64,000 bases of DNA from Stegostoma tigrinum (Eukaryota): NCBI RefSeq assembly GCF_030684315.1, contig NC_081380.1:34808705-34872704 (forward strand), read 5' to 3'. The notes beneath the pieces are model-generated. The model saw only the letters and a program-made list of their open reading frames with translations. It was not told where the DNA came from and did no database searches. The translations under genes were made by a program, and so were the position numbers. Each line of letters starts with the position of its first letter. The stretch's first letter is position 1. This document shows, in pieces, positions 25,795 to 38,818 of the stretch.

Positions 25795-26170
25795 TCGTAA
25801 GAGCCGAAGAAATAGGATGAGAGGAGTGGGCTAGTCAGATCTCAAGCCTGCCCTGCTGTTCAGCAAGGTCCAAGCTAAGCTACCCTACGCCTCACTCTTT
25901 TTGATCTGTCTCCTCAAACCCCAAACTCCTCAATTTTAAAAATACACAATCTACCTGCTCTTTAGACGCTACCACTGCTCTAGTCTTTACACTCTGAGTA
26001 GAGAATTCCAAACATTCACTATCCTTGGGGGATAAAATTCCTTCACATATTGGTTTTAAATGAGTGTCCCCTTATTTTGTAACTACATCCCTCTAGTTCG
26101 AGAGTTTCCCCACTTAGTGGAAACATGTTTCCAACATCTAGCCATTGAGCCCCCTCGGAATCCTGTATGT
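25795..26170 (-). mobile_element. CR1 LINE 3' fragment
   Basis: Antisense CR1 tail (gaaataggatgagaggagtggg...) and remnant of the WNSLP region. Confidence 0.65.
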
Positions 26171-27422
26171 TTTTTAAAAAATCCTTAATTTTTTAAAATG
26201 TCATCTTTACCATTGTGGAGATTGGAGGAATTCTCACACAGTTTGTGAAGGATTACCCTCTGCAGTAGAATAGAACACTTTGTTGTCTGGTAATGTTGAT
26301 GCACCTGACCTTGAAATTTGTGATGGAGTAAGTGTTTCATTTCTTCGCTGTGAAATCCTTCACCATTTTGTGTCCTTTGTGGATGAAGTGGTTTTACCTG
26401 GAGAGATCTGGTAACAGGAATCTCACTGAGATTTTCAGAAAATATCCATCTCTACCATGGAGTATGAGCAGTATTTCCTCACTGTCCCTAAGAGGCGCCC
26501 TTGGCTGATCTTATGGGAATATTTTGTGGTTTTACACGGAATACTGAGGTTCCACAGATGCAAGACTTTTTTTCCTCTCTCTGCTGCCCCCGGCACAAAA
26601 TAAAAAGGTGTTTCAAACCTCTCAGTCAGCTGGTGGATGGAAGCTGTTGATGTCTTCAAAGGCTGCGTTCAGCGTACATGCTTTCTAATATGGGTGCCAA
26701 TTGGAAACTGTCTGGACTTGATGGCATGTTATTGTGACACTGAATTGGTAAATGGTAATGTCCTGATGTGTTTAAGACTTAGGGATCAATGATAAACTAA
26801 CAATTCTGACTCTTTCTATTCCCTCCTCAACACGTTGACATCTTCCCTCCTAACAGGGTCAGTTATCTCTGTTATGATCCACTGTTGTCAGCAGCTTCCC
26901 AAGAATCTGGTTCAAGTGGCCGTTTTCTGTGGGCTGAGACAGTGACCATTGGCTAACTGAGTTAAGGCTGTCATAGCCAAATCCAATCCACAGTCCAACA
27001 GGAATCACTGGACAGTAATAGTAAGCAAGGGACCTCTTTTTTTATTTTCAGAAACAAAAACAGAAGCTGCTGGCAAGGTTCAACAGGTCTGGCAGCATTG
27101 GTGAAGAGAAATCAGAGTGCATGTTTCAGGGCCCAGTGACCCTTCCTCAGAACTGTTTGTTTTGCTCCCCGTTTTACCTGTGCTAAAAGATATGGTCAAA
27201 TTGTAATAGCTTCCTTACTACTGCCCTTGCTTACTACCAGCTGGAAATTAAATTGTTTGCTTTTGGTTGATGCAGTGTGTCATGGGCATAGTTATTGCAA
27301 CACAGACAATTAGTCTCACATGGACAGTGCTGAAACTTGATGACTTTATCCTGTAGATGTTCCTCTTGTGTCATTGGAAAGCTTCTATTTTTGCAAGCAA
27401 ACAGAACACGTGTGCACCTTGT

Positions 27423-27650
27423 ATCAGAGACAATGGGAACTGCAGATGCTGGAGAATCCAAGATAATAAAGTGTGGAGCTGGATGAACACAGCAGGCCAA
27501 GCAGCATCTCGGGAGCACAAAAGCTGATGTTACGGGCCTAGACCCTTCTTCGGAGAGGGATGATGAAGGGTCTATGCCCGAAACGTCAGCTTTTGTGCTC
27601 CTGAGATGCTACTTGGCCTGCTGTGTTCACCCAGCTCCACACTTTGTTAA
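27423..27650. mobile_element. Foldback Penelope pLTR element with two degenerate hammerhead motifs and TSD
   Basis: Inverted arms; flanking direct repeat gtgtgcac(c/a)ttgt at 27410-27422 and 27652-27664. Confidence 0.85.
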
Positions 27651-29974
27651 TGTGTGCACATTGTGCCTGTTTCAATTTAGCAAATAGGTGACAATTAGTC
27701 TCTGACTAATTTCTCAAGGCATTGCCCTGAGAAGTCAGGGTCAACCAGTCTGATTTAAATATAAACAAAGCTGGATAGTTAACTGTCAGTCACCATCTAA
27801 CTGCATGCCCCATGGCAACAACTCTACCACTTACCAACCAAACAGCAGTTTCTTTCCATACGGTATAAAACTTTATTCCCCTATGCCTTTGTATTCTTGC
27901 AAATGTCTTGTGTGCAAGATTAAAACCTTTGAAAAATTCCCTATTTTGACAGCAGTGCCATTAGATTATATTGCAGTGCTGGCTTCCGGTCCTATGTAAG
28001 CCTGTCCCTAAACACCTTTTGTTTTAAGACACTTCTTTAAAATCCACCTCCTTGATTATACTGTACTAATATCTCCGACTTTGTCAAATTTTGAGTAACT
28101 GCCCTGTGAAGCACCTTGGGGCATTTTAGTCTGCTGCAAGTCTGCTTTGTGCCTTTTCTGCCTCCCTCCATTTATAAAAGTTAACATGATGCACAATACT
28201 TTGCATGCTACTGATAAACCAGGAGCTGGGCCTACACAATAACTTCTGTAGTGGAGTTTTCATTGGGTATGTGTTTTGGTACCTATGTGGAAAAAGTGGT
28301 GAATCAAGGGCATGCTTCCTGAATGATGGACTCAAAATAAAAGAAACTGTATCTTTTGGATTTGAATGTGCTTTTTCAGACTGAAACCCAAGTTGGGGTC
28401 TGCAATATTTTATTGGGCTAATTTCCAGAGCAAAACAAATGGAAGAATTACCTGGATGTCTGATGGCAAACAAAACAAAACTGCGACATCCATCAGTTTT
28501 GGATTGCTTATTTGGATCTGAATATTGACTGTGGCAGCAACCAAAATGTGAAATAACTGCCAGTGAATTGTTATGGAAGTGTAACTTCTTTGACTAGGAG
28601 GGAGTTTTGATCTCCACTTTAGTTGTACCCTTTCCAGAGTCTACAAATGTCCCCTTTGTCTAGTTGTTCGGAAATAGGAATTTGAATATTTACTGATGTT
28701 TGTCTGGATCCGATCTGAGCTGGCTTCAGCTTTTTTGGTGATGTGACCTGGATAGAAAAGTCAATTTTGGTGTTTGTTCACTCAGTGCCCACAAAGCGCT
28801 GGAAGGGGACTGGCTCACTGTCCAGCACCTGATGATACTCGTGATCGTGATCCAAGTGTTGGGTATCACTTGGATGCCACAAGTCAGCAGCAGGACATTG
28901 GGCCGCAGCCCAGTCTATTTTTAATTTAATTTGTTCTTTTTTTTTTTCCCTTTTTAGGGCAGAACCCACCTCCCACCACCATCCTGCCTTTTATTAAACT
29001 CCTGGCAATCCTTCTTCCTTGTTGACATTTCTTTCTTGTGTAATCTAAAAAGGTTGTATATTGACAGATATTGGGGCAGAATGGATAAGATGAAAGGTAT
29101 TGCTCATCCTGTAGCACTGAATCTGTAATAAAGGGGAAGAGAAATTTTACCGCTGCCTTTGTAAAGACCTATTTATCTAATTTTTAACACACTTATAATC
29201 AATTCTGTTTAAACTGTTATTTGGAATTTTGTCAAGAACCCTGTGGTGTGCTGTAGTACGAGCCATGTCATACAGTCAGGTTTTGTTTCAACCCACTTCA
29301 CTTTGTTTCTACTGAATCTCTCAGACCCATCTTCATTCAGCATTCTGTGTGCTATTTTGAATTTTGTTGAACTGGATCCGTTAACTCATACTGTCAAACA
29401 GTCATGATTGTTCATCTGAGGAACTTTCTTTCTGCCTGTTGAAACCGTTCTGTGTATCTTTATCTTTAATCCTCCCACGCAGTCTTGAAAATGTTGCTTT
29501 TAAACTTGCTGAACACATGTGCCTTTAAAAGTTGTTATCAAGCACTTCTTACAAAGCTTCAGGAACACTCCCTGTACGATGGAATGCAAACGCCCAGGTA
29601 TTTAAAGAGGGTGGGGATGTTTTGCCACTTCTTTGCAAGAAAAACTCCAACCTTGATCTAAAGTGAAATTATTCTGCCAGTTCCAATCTGTTCAAGGCAG
29701 TGGAATTTAACTTTTGATTGCTTGGCTCTGCCACTGTTCAAGTTTTTTAAAAGAATAATTGTGAATCTCACTGGAGTGTTAAATGTTGAGTTTATTTATG
29801 TTACATAAAAATCAAAGGGATGATTTAGAAAAAAATCTTGTGAATAAAGCACCTGCTACAATCTCAGAATTGTAGGTTTTATCAGTCCATCATTAAAAAT
29901 TGCCATTCAGCCCATTTGGTTAATACTGGCTCTCTGCCTGGGGTCTTAATCTACCTAGGAGACTTAATCATAAG

Positions 29975-30115
29975 GTGACACCTCTGACAGACAAGCACTC
30001 CCTCAGCACTCCATTGGAATGTCATCCTGATTTTTGTAATCAAGTCTCTAGACTGGGAACTTGAGCCCGCAAGTTTCTGACTCGGAGGGAAGTGTGTTAA
30101 CAATGAGGCCACAGT
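29975..30115 (-). mobile_element. Deu-domain SINE 5' fragment
   Basis: Antisense tRNA-like head similar to the 36145 copy. Confidence 0.55.
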
Positions 30116-30660
30116 TCACTCCCAGAGAGAGAAAAGCGTATTAAATGTTGGTTAAGTCTTGCCAGTTTCAGTAACTGATACACCACGACAGGAACGCTGA
30201 CAAAAAATAGAAGTTTGGACCCACACCAGATTTAGTAAGTTTAAGAGTTGTCTAAACAAACACAAAGTAAGTTGCTTGTATGGTATTTAATGATTGATTC
30301 TAAGAGGTAACCTTGCTATTTCAACTGACCGTTTTGCTGTCGTTGAACTAATCATGAAACATGTCACCTTCCTGCAAACAACCTTACTGAGGTGGGTCAT
30401 TGGTATCATTCCAGTCTGCGCTAGTCTGTTGGGAACAATCCAGGAGCTTGGAATACAGGGAATCTTTGTATATAATTTCTAATATTCCATTCTTATGGAG
30501 CTCACTTGCCTAGCAAATTAGACCTATTAACTTGGTGAGTAATGCCTAGTATTTCTTGATGCCCCCCACCCCTTTCCTTTCCAAATGAATAGGACTTTGG
30601 AAGGTTAATTTGACTTTACTTTGGCTTTCCAATTCCTTTTCTGGGTCAGTTTAGAAGTAA

Positions 30661-31266
30661 GATAATAAAATGTGAGGCTGGATGAACACAGCAGGCCCAG
30701 CAGCATCTCAGGAGCACAAAAGCTGACGTTTTGGGCCTAGACCCTTCATCAGAGAGGGGGATGGGGTGAGGGTTCTGGAATAAATAAGGAGAGAGGGGGA
30801 GGCGGACCGAAGATGGAGAGAAAAGAAGATAGGTGGAGAGGAGAGTATAGGTGGGGAGGTAGGGAGGGGATAGGTCAGTCCAGGGAAGACGGACAGGTCA
30901 AGGAGGTGGGATGAGGTTAGTAGGTAGGAGATGGAGGTGCGGCTTGGGGTGGGAGGAAGGGATGGGTGAGAGGAAGAACAGGTTAGGGAGGCAGAGACAG
31001 GTTGGACTGGTTTTGGGATGCAGTGGGTGGAGGGGAAGAGCTGGGCTGGTTGTGTGGTGCAGTGGGGGGAGGGGACGAACTGGGCTGGTTTTGGGATGCG
31101 GTGGGGGAAGGGGAGATTTTGAAGCTGGTGAAGTCCACATTGATACCATTGGGCTGCAGGGTTCCCAAGCGGAATATGAGTTGCTGTTCCTGCAACCTTC
31201 GGGTGGCATCACTGTGGCACTGCAGGAGTCCCATGATGCTGTTCCTGCAACCTTCGGGTGGCATCA
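30661..31266 (-). mobile_element. 5'-truncated Penelope-like element (GIY-YIG C-terminus plus pLTR)
   Basis: ORF 30983-31267 GLLQCHSDATRRLQEQQLIFRLGTLQPNGINVDF; hammerhead motif with GAAA changed to AAAA; TSD tttagaag(t/c)aag at 30650-30661 and 31267-31278. Confidence 0.9.
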
Positions 31267-34200
31267 TTTAGAAGCAAGCTTGGTTGAGTCAAAACTTGAA
31301 AATTCAAGCTTGACTCAAGACTCCAGCCCATCAAGATGATGTAGGGCTGAAATGTTGTTCTCTGGATTGGGTATTAAACAGAGGTCATTCAAATCCATCC
31401 GGGACACAGGTTCTACAGCAATCTTTGGAGAAGAGCAAGGATTTCACTTGATTTCCTGGCCAACATCTGTCCCTTGAGCAAAACTAGTTGATCGCCATGC
31501 TGCAGTTTTTGGGGGCTTGCCATGTGTAACTTCCCTCTGTTTCACAAATAATGAAATAGTTTTGAGGAGAAGTCACTAATTTTTGGTTGTTGTGTGATCC
31601 AAGGTACAGAGATGCCACCCCAGTTGCTTGATAGATGATAAGGCTCCTTCTTTTGCTTAATTTTGCATTGTCCTTTGAAAGTTAAAACACCAGTCATTAG
31701 GAGGTGCCAAACATCAATTCATCTTGCCTCAGTAAAGCACTGTGTTTTAGCACCTTCAGCCATTATATATAGTTATAGTTGTAAAAATACTCCTCTAATA
31801 ATTTTGGCCAAAACTTTCAAAATTGAGGGAAGGTCACTGGTGCGAAATGTTAACCCTGTTTTAACTGTGTCGATGCTGCAGACCTCTTGAGTTTTTCCAG
31901 AAATTTTTTTTATATATTTCTGATTTTCAGCATGCATAGCTCTTTAGTTTTTCTTTATATTTCAAACTTTCAAAACTTGCCAAACTTGATTTGGTGAGAG
32001 GTCTGGCAGCTGCTGAACCCCAAGCTTTTGAGTGCTCCAGTGGGTGTCAAACGTTACTTAGTAGCTAAGTGTTTTCTAATTTTTAAATGCCTGTATTTTT
32101 TTCATTACTTACTAACTGAGAAGGTGGAATGGCCCACTAGAGTGGGCTATGGAAGCCACACGTCAAGGTTAAAATAGTTTCTAGTTTCCCCGTAACAAAA
32201 TCTCTTATTTCCCCTGCCCTTGATAAATGGGAAGTCTAATTTTTCCTCTGCAGTGAGATGTGATGGTAATTCAGAACGAGTTACAGGTTTGAAACTGTTT
32301 GCTGATGGTGCTCTGACATTGAGTTGGGGATGGAAAGGACCTGAACGTCTCAGAAGTTTTAAGACTGATCTCAATGCCCGTACTTGCCCTCCTTTTCTCT
32401 TGGCGCTTTTTTTAAACAAAAAAAAAAATCTGAACGTGAATGGCCCAAACTGTTCGACCTCAACAGGGAGGGACCATAGCAGGAACCAAGCCATATGGGT
32501 GGTGATGGTGTTGCAATAATGGTTAAAAGGAATTCCATTTGAATTATTTACCTAGAGCTAAGTGACAGTCCTCCAAATATCTATGCAATGTTTAGACAAA
32601 ATGGAGCAGATACAGGTACTGTTTTGTGCACTGTCTGTGTGAGTAGATAGTTACAGTTGCTGTTAAATGTTACTTTTGTGGTTGGAGGGAGTTGCTCCCA
32701 TGAATTGAATGTAAGACTTGTTCACGGCTCTGGCACTGACTTTAAAACCAGGTAGTGGCTTCTTGATTGCAGACACTCTGCTTAACTTTGGAAAGTGGAT
32801 AATCATTGTACTGATTTTGCATTTTCATAACTTCCACCTTGGCCTCTCTTGAGCTGAGGAGTTACCAACCAAAGAAAGATTGACCCTGCAATTTAGGGAT
32901 GGGAGAAGTTCCATAGGAGGTGGTAGCCTGTGCGTTTGTAAGGCCAAGAATAAATTTTGGGTTGCCTTGTAATTCCATGTTTGCAGTCCTAACTAGGAAC
33001 GGGTTTTTGTGTAAATGTTGACCTGACTGCTAGTGAGTGTTATCTGTTATCTAATTCTGATGTATGATATTTTAAGATTGTACTTTACATGACAAATTTT
33101 GTTTTGGAGGCTTTTATGAAATTTAATTATTCATGGAACGTATTCAAATCGTGCTTCTATTTCCTGATAAATTTGCATTGACACAGATGGATTCATTTGT
33201 GTGGTTGCTGCATCAAAATAGCACTCTGGGATTGGTGGCATAACAGATACTATGTTTTGATTTCATTACAGCTACTGAGAATTTACATTTTGCTTTGTAG
33301 CTTGGTCACATGTTTTTAAAAAGGGCTACGTGCCAAGTTTATTTTAAGTGGTTATGGATGTTATGTGTTGGTTGGTTCGTGAAGTTAGCTGATCTGAAAC
33401 TAATTTCTTCTAGCTTTTGATTCATATATCTTATCTTATTATTAACTGAGGAGGTCTTTATGATCTTAATGCTGCTCCTGCAGTGAGAATTGTAATCAAC
33501 ATTGTGTTTAAGTGGACTCCCTTATTGAAGGGAGTCAGACTGCATTGGAGCTGGAGAAACTCTTGAGGGAAGGGGTGCTAAGTGTTATCAAGGAGCCTGA
33601 TGACACAATCTGATTCTGTTTTGTCAAACAGCCATAGGCTCACGATTTTACAGAGGTGACCGGAAAGCACTCAGCAATTATAATGCCTGGCTGACTCTTG
33701 TTGTTTATCATATGCAAAAATGATGGGGCTATTTGAATCTATAGCTGAGTCACCCAAGGTTCCTCTGCTGCTTGGTCTGCTGTCTTCATCCCACTAAATG
33801 TGAGGGCATGTTTTATAAGGTGTGAGGTCACGAGTTTCCTCGTGCTCTATATTTTTCCAATCTCTCGAGCCACTCCACTTTCTAACGAATGTTCTTGAAG
33901 GGAGTGAACACTTTATTGGGATATTTATAGAACAAATACAATCCATGAGACAAAAATAATAGTGCATAGGCACCTACTGTACTGTGCCATGAAGTCGTAC
34001 AGTATGGGAGCAGCATGCTGATTCTCATTAAGACTGGAAGAGATTTTGCAGAGACAGAGTCTAGCTCCTTTTCTTCACTCGTAAAGAGGCAGGGTGGAAA
34101 AATAGAACTAGAGCTTCTTTTAAAAGTTTCATCACAAATTCTTTGAACAGAAAGTAAACAAATAACTGGAACGGAAGCTCTGGGCAAGCAGTTCTGGGAC

Positions 34201-36144
34201 AATGTTGCAGTTGGCCATTGTGTTTCAACATGCAGTTGCCCTAGTCAGTTAATAGTGTGGGTTACTTGTAAAGAATTCTGATAGGAAGAGGGGAAGGTTT
34301 TAAATACAGGCAAGTTTTTTTCATTAAAACAACCATTTTGGAATTGAGTGCAATACTACAGTCATCTTGGAAAAGTTCAAATGTTGGGTGCCTCGGATGG
34401 CCTTCAGCTGATGGATCACTAATTGCCACATAAGTGGAAATTTGTGCGCAAGATTGTGGTTGAGTTGCCTAATTTCCTGACATCTTTGACCGTCACATAT
34501 AGGAAAGCCAATCGTAACCTGTCTGTACCATCTTCCTACCCCCATTAAATGGATGCAAGGATTTGAATTGCGTTTCGCCAATTTGAATAATTTCTCCATC
34601 AGCTCCCACTTGGTCTTTCTACCATCAAGGTTTGCTGAAGTTGTTCTCTGGATTTACCTTTTCTGTTCTGTTTAGTCTGTTCGCTGAACAGGTTTCCACA
34701 GTGTCACTTCCTTTTCATAAATGCAGAACCTAAATATCTCCAATCTTCCCTTTTGTGTAGGGAGACAAAAAAATGCCAATTTGTACATTGTGCAGAATAT
34801 GTAAAAAATGAACTATGAAAGCCATTTGGAGCTGATATATTTGAGATTATTTTCTCATCACCCTTACAAAGTGAACATGTACCAGAAACTGCATGCGGTC
34901 CTGGCAGAGATCTTCAGTTCCAGTTACCTGTTTTCACTCCCTTTTTTTTTGTCAAAAGGACGTGTATAAACAAATCTTGAATTCTAGCTCTTTCTCTTTG
35001 TTTTCCCCCCTCTCTCCTTTACTGGGATCGGTATTTATAAATTTAAGTGGACACCCTTTTGCCTAGAAAGCTGCATGTCTACTTGACACCTGAAGAACAT
35101 ATCATAGGCCCTTGGAAGGCATCACTGAGCCACATTCTGTTATGGACAGCATGTGTGTATTCTGGTAACTCTAACATTTTCTGCACTTCGCAGAATATTA
35201 GCAAGTGTGGAAACTCTCTTGCTGAGTTTCCTATTGGTCCAAAGTATGGTGAGATGTAACCCTATTTGTCTTTTGAAGAGGGGTAGAAAGCACCACTTAT
35301 TTCGTTATTAACTTTAGAAACAGTCAGCAAAGTGGTTTGCATGGATCCCTGTGGAGGTGACTTGACGGTTCTGCACACAATTGAATACTGGAGCTTAGTA
35401 ATTAAGTAGAAATTCAAGGATAGCTTTTTTTGTCTTGAGAAACTGCTTTTGAATTATGATAATAGTGTATTGTCAGTAACTGAATACAGAGGGAAAGGAT
35501 GGAAAACTATATGGACTGGCAATTATCTTCCCAGCCAGACAGTCCTTAAAAGGCAACCTGCCTTGTGCAACCGATTTTACTTTTGAGTGTGGATTAATGT
35601 TCTTATAGCCTGTGAAAATTTAGAGTGGTTAAAAAGAGTTTTTGGCACTAATTGCTTGGATCTCTTTATTAAACAAGGGGAATGGCAGACATGGGAAATT
35701 AAACAAGAAAATGCTGGCATTTCAGACCTGCTCTGACAAATCTGTACAATCTGCCTATTGTGGACTTGACACACTTATTTAATTACCTACTTCAGTGACA
35801 GCCAAACTCTTGGAAATGTGGGCTGTACGCTTGGGACAAAAACAGGGGTGGAGTTGTGATTGCTCAATAGAAATGGAAAATGGAAACCTCCGTACAAGAA
35901 CATTGTGGGACGCCCATGAAAGAGCAAGAAAGCAGGGCCGTTCATACTCGGGGGGTGGGGGTGGGGGGGGGGGGGAAATCCTGTGTTCCCTCTTCAAATA
36001 CAACACCAAGCAGTTTATCTGTCTTTCCCAGACTTTTCTCACTCAATGTACCCTGATGCTTCAAAACCTCACTCTCCAACTGATAAACATTTAGGGCTGA
36101 AGAAAGTTGTAAATGTCTCTTCCCTGGCTTGAGTTTAGACCACT

Positions 36145-36535
36145 GTCTGATGTGGCTCAGTTGGTAGCACTCCCACTCCCCCTCTGAATTAGAATGTTGT
36201 GGGTTCAAGCCCCATTCCAGTTAACTTGAGCACAAAAATCAACATTGATAGTCCAGTGCAGCACTGCAGGGATGCTGCACTGTTGTGAGTGCTTTCTTTT
36301 GGATAAAATGTTAAAGTCAAGACCCTGTCTGACCTCTGGTGGTAAAGGATCCCATGACTCCATTTCAAAGGCAAGCAGGTGAGTTCTTGGAAGTGTTTCG
36401 TCTAAAGTTCATCTCCCAATCAACATCGCAAAAAAAAATTATCTAGTCATTATCACATTACTGTTTGATGTGTCCAAATTGATGGTCATGTTTCCTACAT
36501 TACAGTAGTGGCCACTTGCTTATTTAGCTTTAGTG
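36145..36535 (+). mobile_element. Deu-domain SINE (SacSINE1-like), near full length
   Basis: A box gtggctcagttgg, B box gggttcaagccc, and central ggataaaatgttaaagtcaagaccctgtc...ggatcccatg resembling the Deu core shared with AmnSINE1. Confidence 0.7.
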
Positions 36536-37052
36536 CTTCAGAACAGATCCCAGCTGGGTACACATGTGGCCCTGCACATGCTGTAGGCTTGTAGTAAGTG
36601 CAATCTCAGCAACAATAAATCACAGGAAACCATTGTCAAGATGAGTTGAGTCGGGACTAAAAAAATCTGCTCATTCATCAGAATAAACACTTGTAAATTC
36701 CAGAATCCCAACTGTAAACAGGATTTTCAAAGGGTGACGAGTCCTAGGTCATCCTTGGTGACATTCCAGCCTTAGTGCTAGTACAGTTTCTGGTACTTGG
36801 GTCCTGTTACCCTCTTGAGCACACAAGATGTTAACACCTTTTAAATTAATTCTAGTTGATGCAAATTTTGTTTCATAGCCAGCAATTTGAAGTTAAATGA
36901 AAAGAACTCATTAATGTAATTTACTCTTGGGTGGGTGGTGGGGAGACACTCTAAATCTACAAAACTGATCTGCTTCTCAAGATGATTGATTTAAAACTTC
37001 ACTGTCAGTCTGCATTTAACTCTGTTAGTGAAACCTGGCCACCTGCTTATCA

Positions 37053-37462
37053 GAGATAATGGGAACTGCAGATGCTGGAGATTCCAAGATAATAAAATGT
37101 GAGGCTGGATGAACACAGCAGGCCAAGCAGCATCTCAGGAGCACAAAAGCTGACGTTTCGGGCCTAGACCCTTCATCAGAGAGGGGGATGGGGGGAGGGA
37201 ACTGGAATAAATAGGGAGAGAGGGGGAGGCGGACCGAAGACCCTGGACTGACCTATCCCCTCCCTACCTCCCCACCTACACTCTCTCCACCTATCTTCTT
37301 TACTCTCCATCTTCGGTCCGCCTCCCCCTCTCTCCCTATTTATTCCAGTTCCCTCCCCCCATCCCCCTCTCTGATGAAGGGTCTAGGCCCGAAATGTCAG
37401 CTTTTGTGCTCCTGAGATGCTGCTTGGCCTGCTGTGTTCATCCAGCCTCACATTTTATTATC
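37053..37462. mobile_element. Very young foldback Penelope pLTR element with two hammerhead motifs
   Basis: Inverted arms 37088-37240 and 37310-37462 (153 bp, one mismatch); TSD cacctgcttatca at 37040-37052 and 37462-37474. Confidence 0.92.
37148..37184 (-). ncRNA. Minimal type I hammerhead ribozyme motif (intact core)
   Basis: Minus strand ctct-CTGATGA-a-gggt-ctag-gccc-GAAA-cGTC-ag: conserved CUGANGA and GAAA boxes, stem II, palindromic ACGU stem III and a GUC cleavage triplet. Confidence 0.75.
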
Positions 37463-38267
37463 ACCTGCTTATCACTTGTCTGATCAAGGCTATCCACCTG
37501 AAATGGTAAACTTTTTTGTTTTTCTGTCTACTGCTACTGTCTCACCTGTTGAGTGTTTGGATATCAGTTTTGCAGCATTTGATTTTTTTATTCACTAACC
37601 TGTCCTTGGAGGCATGTATGTGGTCACATTTGATTGCCTCTGGCTAATGTCATCTCTTTTTTTCTCCTGGAGCTTGTAACTGAACCATGGGGTTCTGTTC
37701 CATGTGAGCATTGGAGCGAGAGTGGAATTTTTTTTTGAATACAGCATTTAAAATACATGACTGTTGGTTCAGCTGAACCAGCAATAGGATTGAGTGGCAT
37801 TGACTACACACTACATCTCTTTTCTGCTATCAACTACTAATGTGTTAGTTCAGAAGGTTGTCATTATGGTTGGCCACACTCCTCCTTTTCCTTGATGGAG
37901 GCAAAACTCAAGTTCCAAGGCACTTCTCTTCTTGGAACTCAAATGACTAGTTATGTTTTGATGTCATCTGGTTGTAAACTACAGCTGTTTGCCTCTTAAA
38001 GGAGGTGCTTGATTTGGTGGGGGTGGGGGGATAAATTGGCAGCTGTATCACTGACTTACCACACCACTTGTACTCCAGATCACGTTTAAGGTTCAGCAAA
38101 TTTGAAATTTTTATCCCCCTCCTTGATTGGAATTTGCTGTCTTTCAGATACTGATGAGTTTCACTCGAGTCAGTTAAACTCTGCTTCTGGAGTTAAGATG
38201 CACAGGGCCACATTGTCCACGTTGAACCTCTTAATGCTTACATCTTTGTTTTTATTTTCTGTTTCAG

Positions 38268-38377
38268 GATGCTCCAGTTACTTCCTCTTTCCTAATCACA
38301 GGGTTTGGGCCAAGGCTGCATCCACTGTCATTTGGAGAAGGTGTTGAAGTGGACCCTTTGCCACCAAAGGCGATTAG
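38268..38377 (+). CDS. RFLNB: Refilin-B coding exon 2
   Basis: tttcag|GAT...ATTAG|gtaaat; DAPVTSSFLITGFGPRLHPLSFGEGVEVDPLPPKAI(R); phase 0/2. Confidence 0.94.
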
Positions 38378-38714
38378 GTAAATAGTATCACACCCTGTGC
38401 TGGAATTGCAGGATGTTTTGGGTTCTTTTTCTTTTCCAGTGGTGAAATGGGAAAAGATTTATAATTGAGCAAGACAAATTTTGCTTACTGTTGATTTTAT
38501 ATATAATCCATGTGCAGGTAATATCGATTTTACTGATGAACAGGGCTAGCAACATAACTCGAGTAAGTTCTACACGTTCCATTTAGGCACCATACCTGAC
38601 ATTACAAACTGAGCATTTTCTAGATATTTTCATTAAATCAGTGTGACTAGCTGCATGTTCTCAAAACCAGATAACTTCTTTTTCTTTTTTATTTAACCTA
38701 TTTTTCTAATCAAC

Positions 38715-38818
38715 CTGTTCAGAGATGTTATGACACAACTTTGGAGCAGGTGGGACTTGAACCTGGGTTTCTCCATTCAGGGGTAGGGACACTACTACAA
38801 TGCCATAAGGGGGCCCCC
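38715..38818 (-). mobile_element. Short tRNA-derived SINE
   Basis: Minus strand tggcattgtagtagtgtcc (A-box-like) and ggttcaagtccc (B box). Confidence 0.55.

Noticed and set aside
33515-33536. Perfect 9-bp hairpin gactccctt-attg-aagggagtc (similar one at ~45853)
   Set aside because: A few stems of this length are expected by chance in 64 kb, and there is no other supporting feature.
35950-35976. Poly-G tract giving poly-Gly or poly-Pro ORFs
   Set aside because: Simple low-complexity intronic run, not coding.
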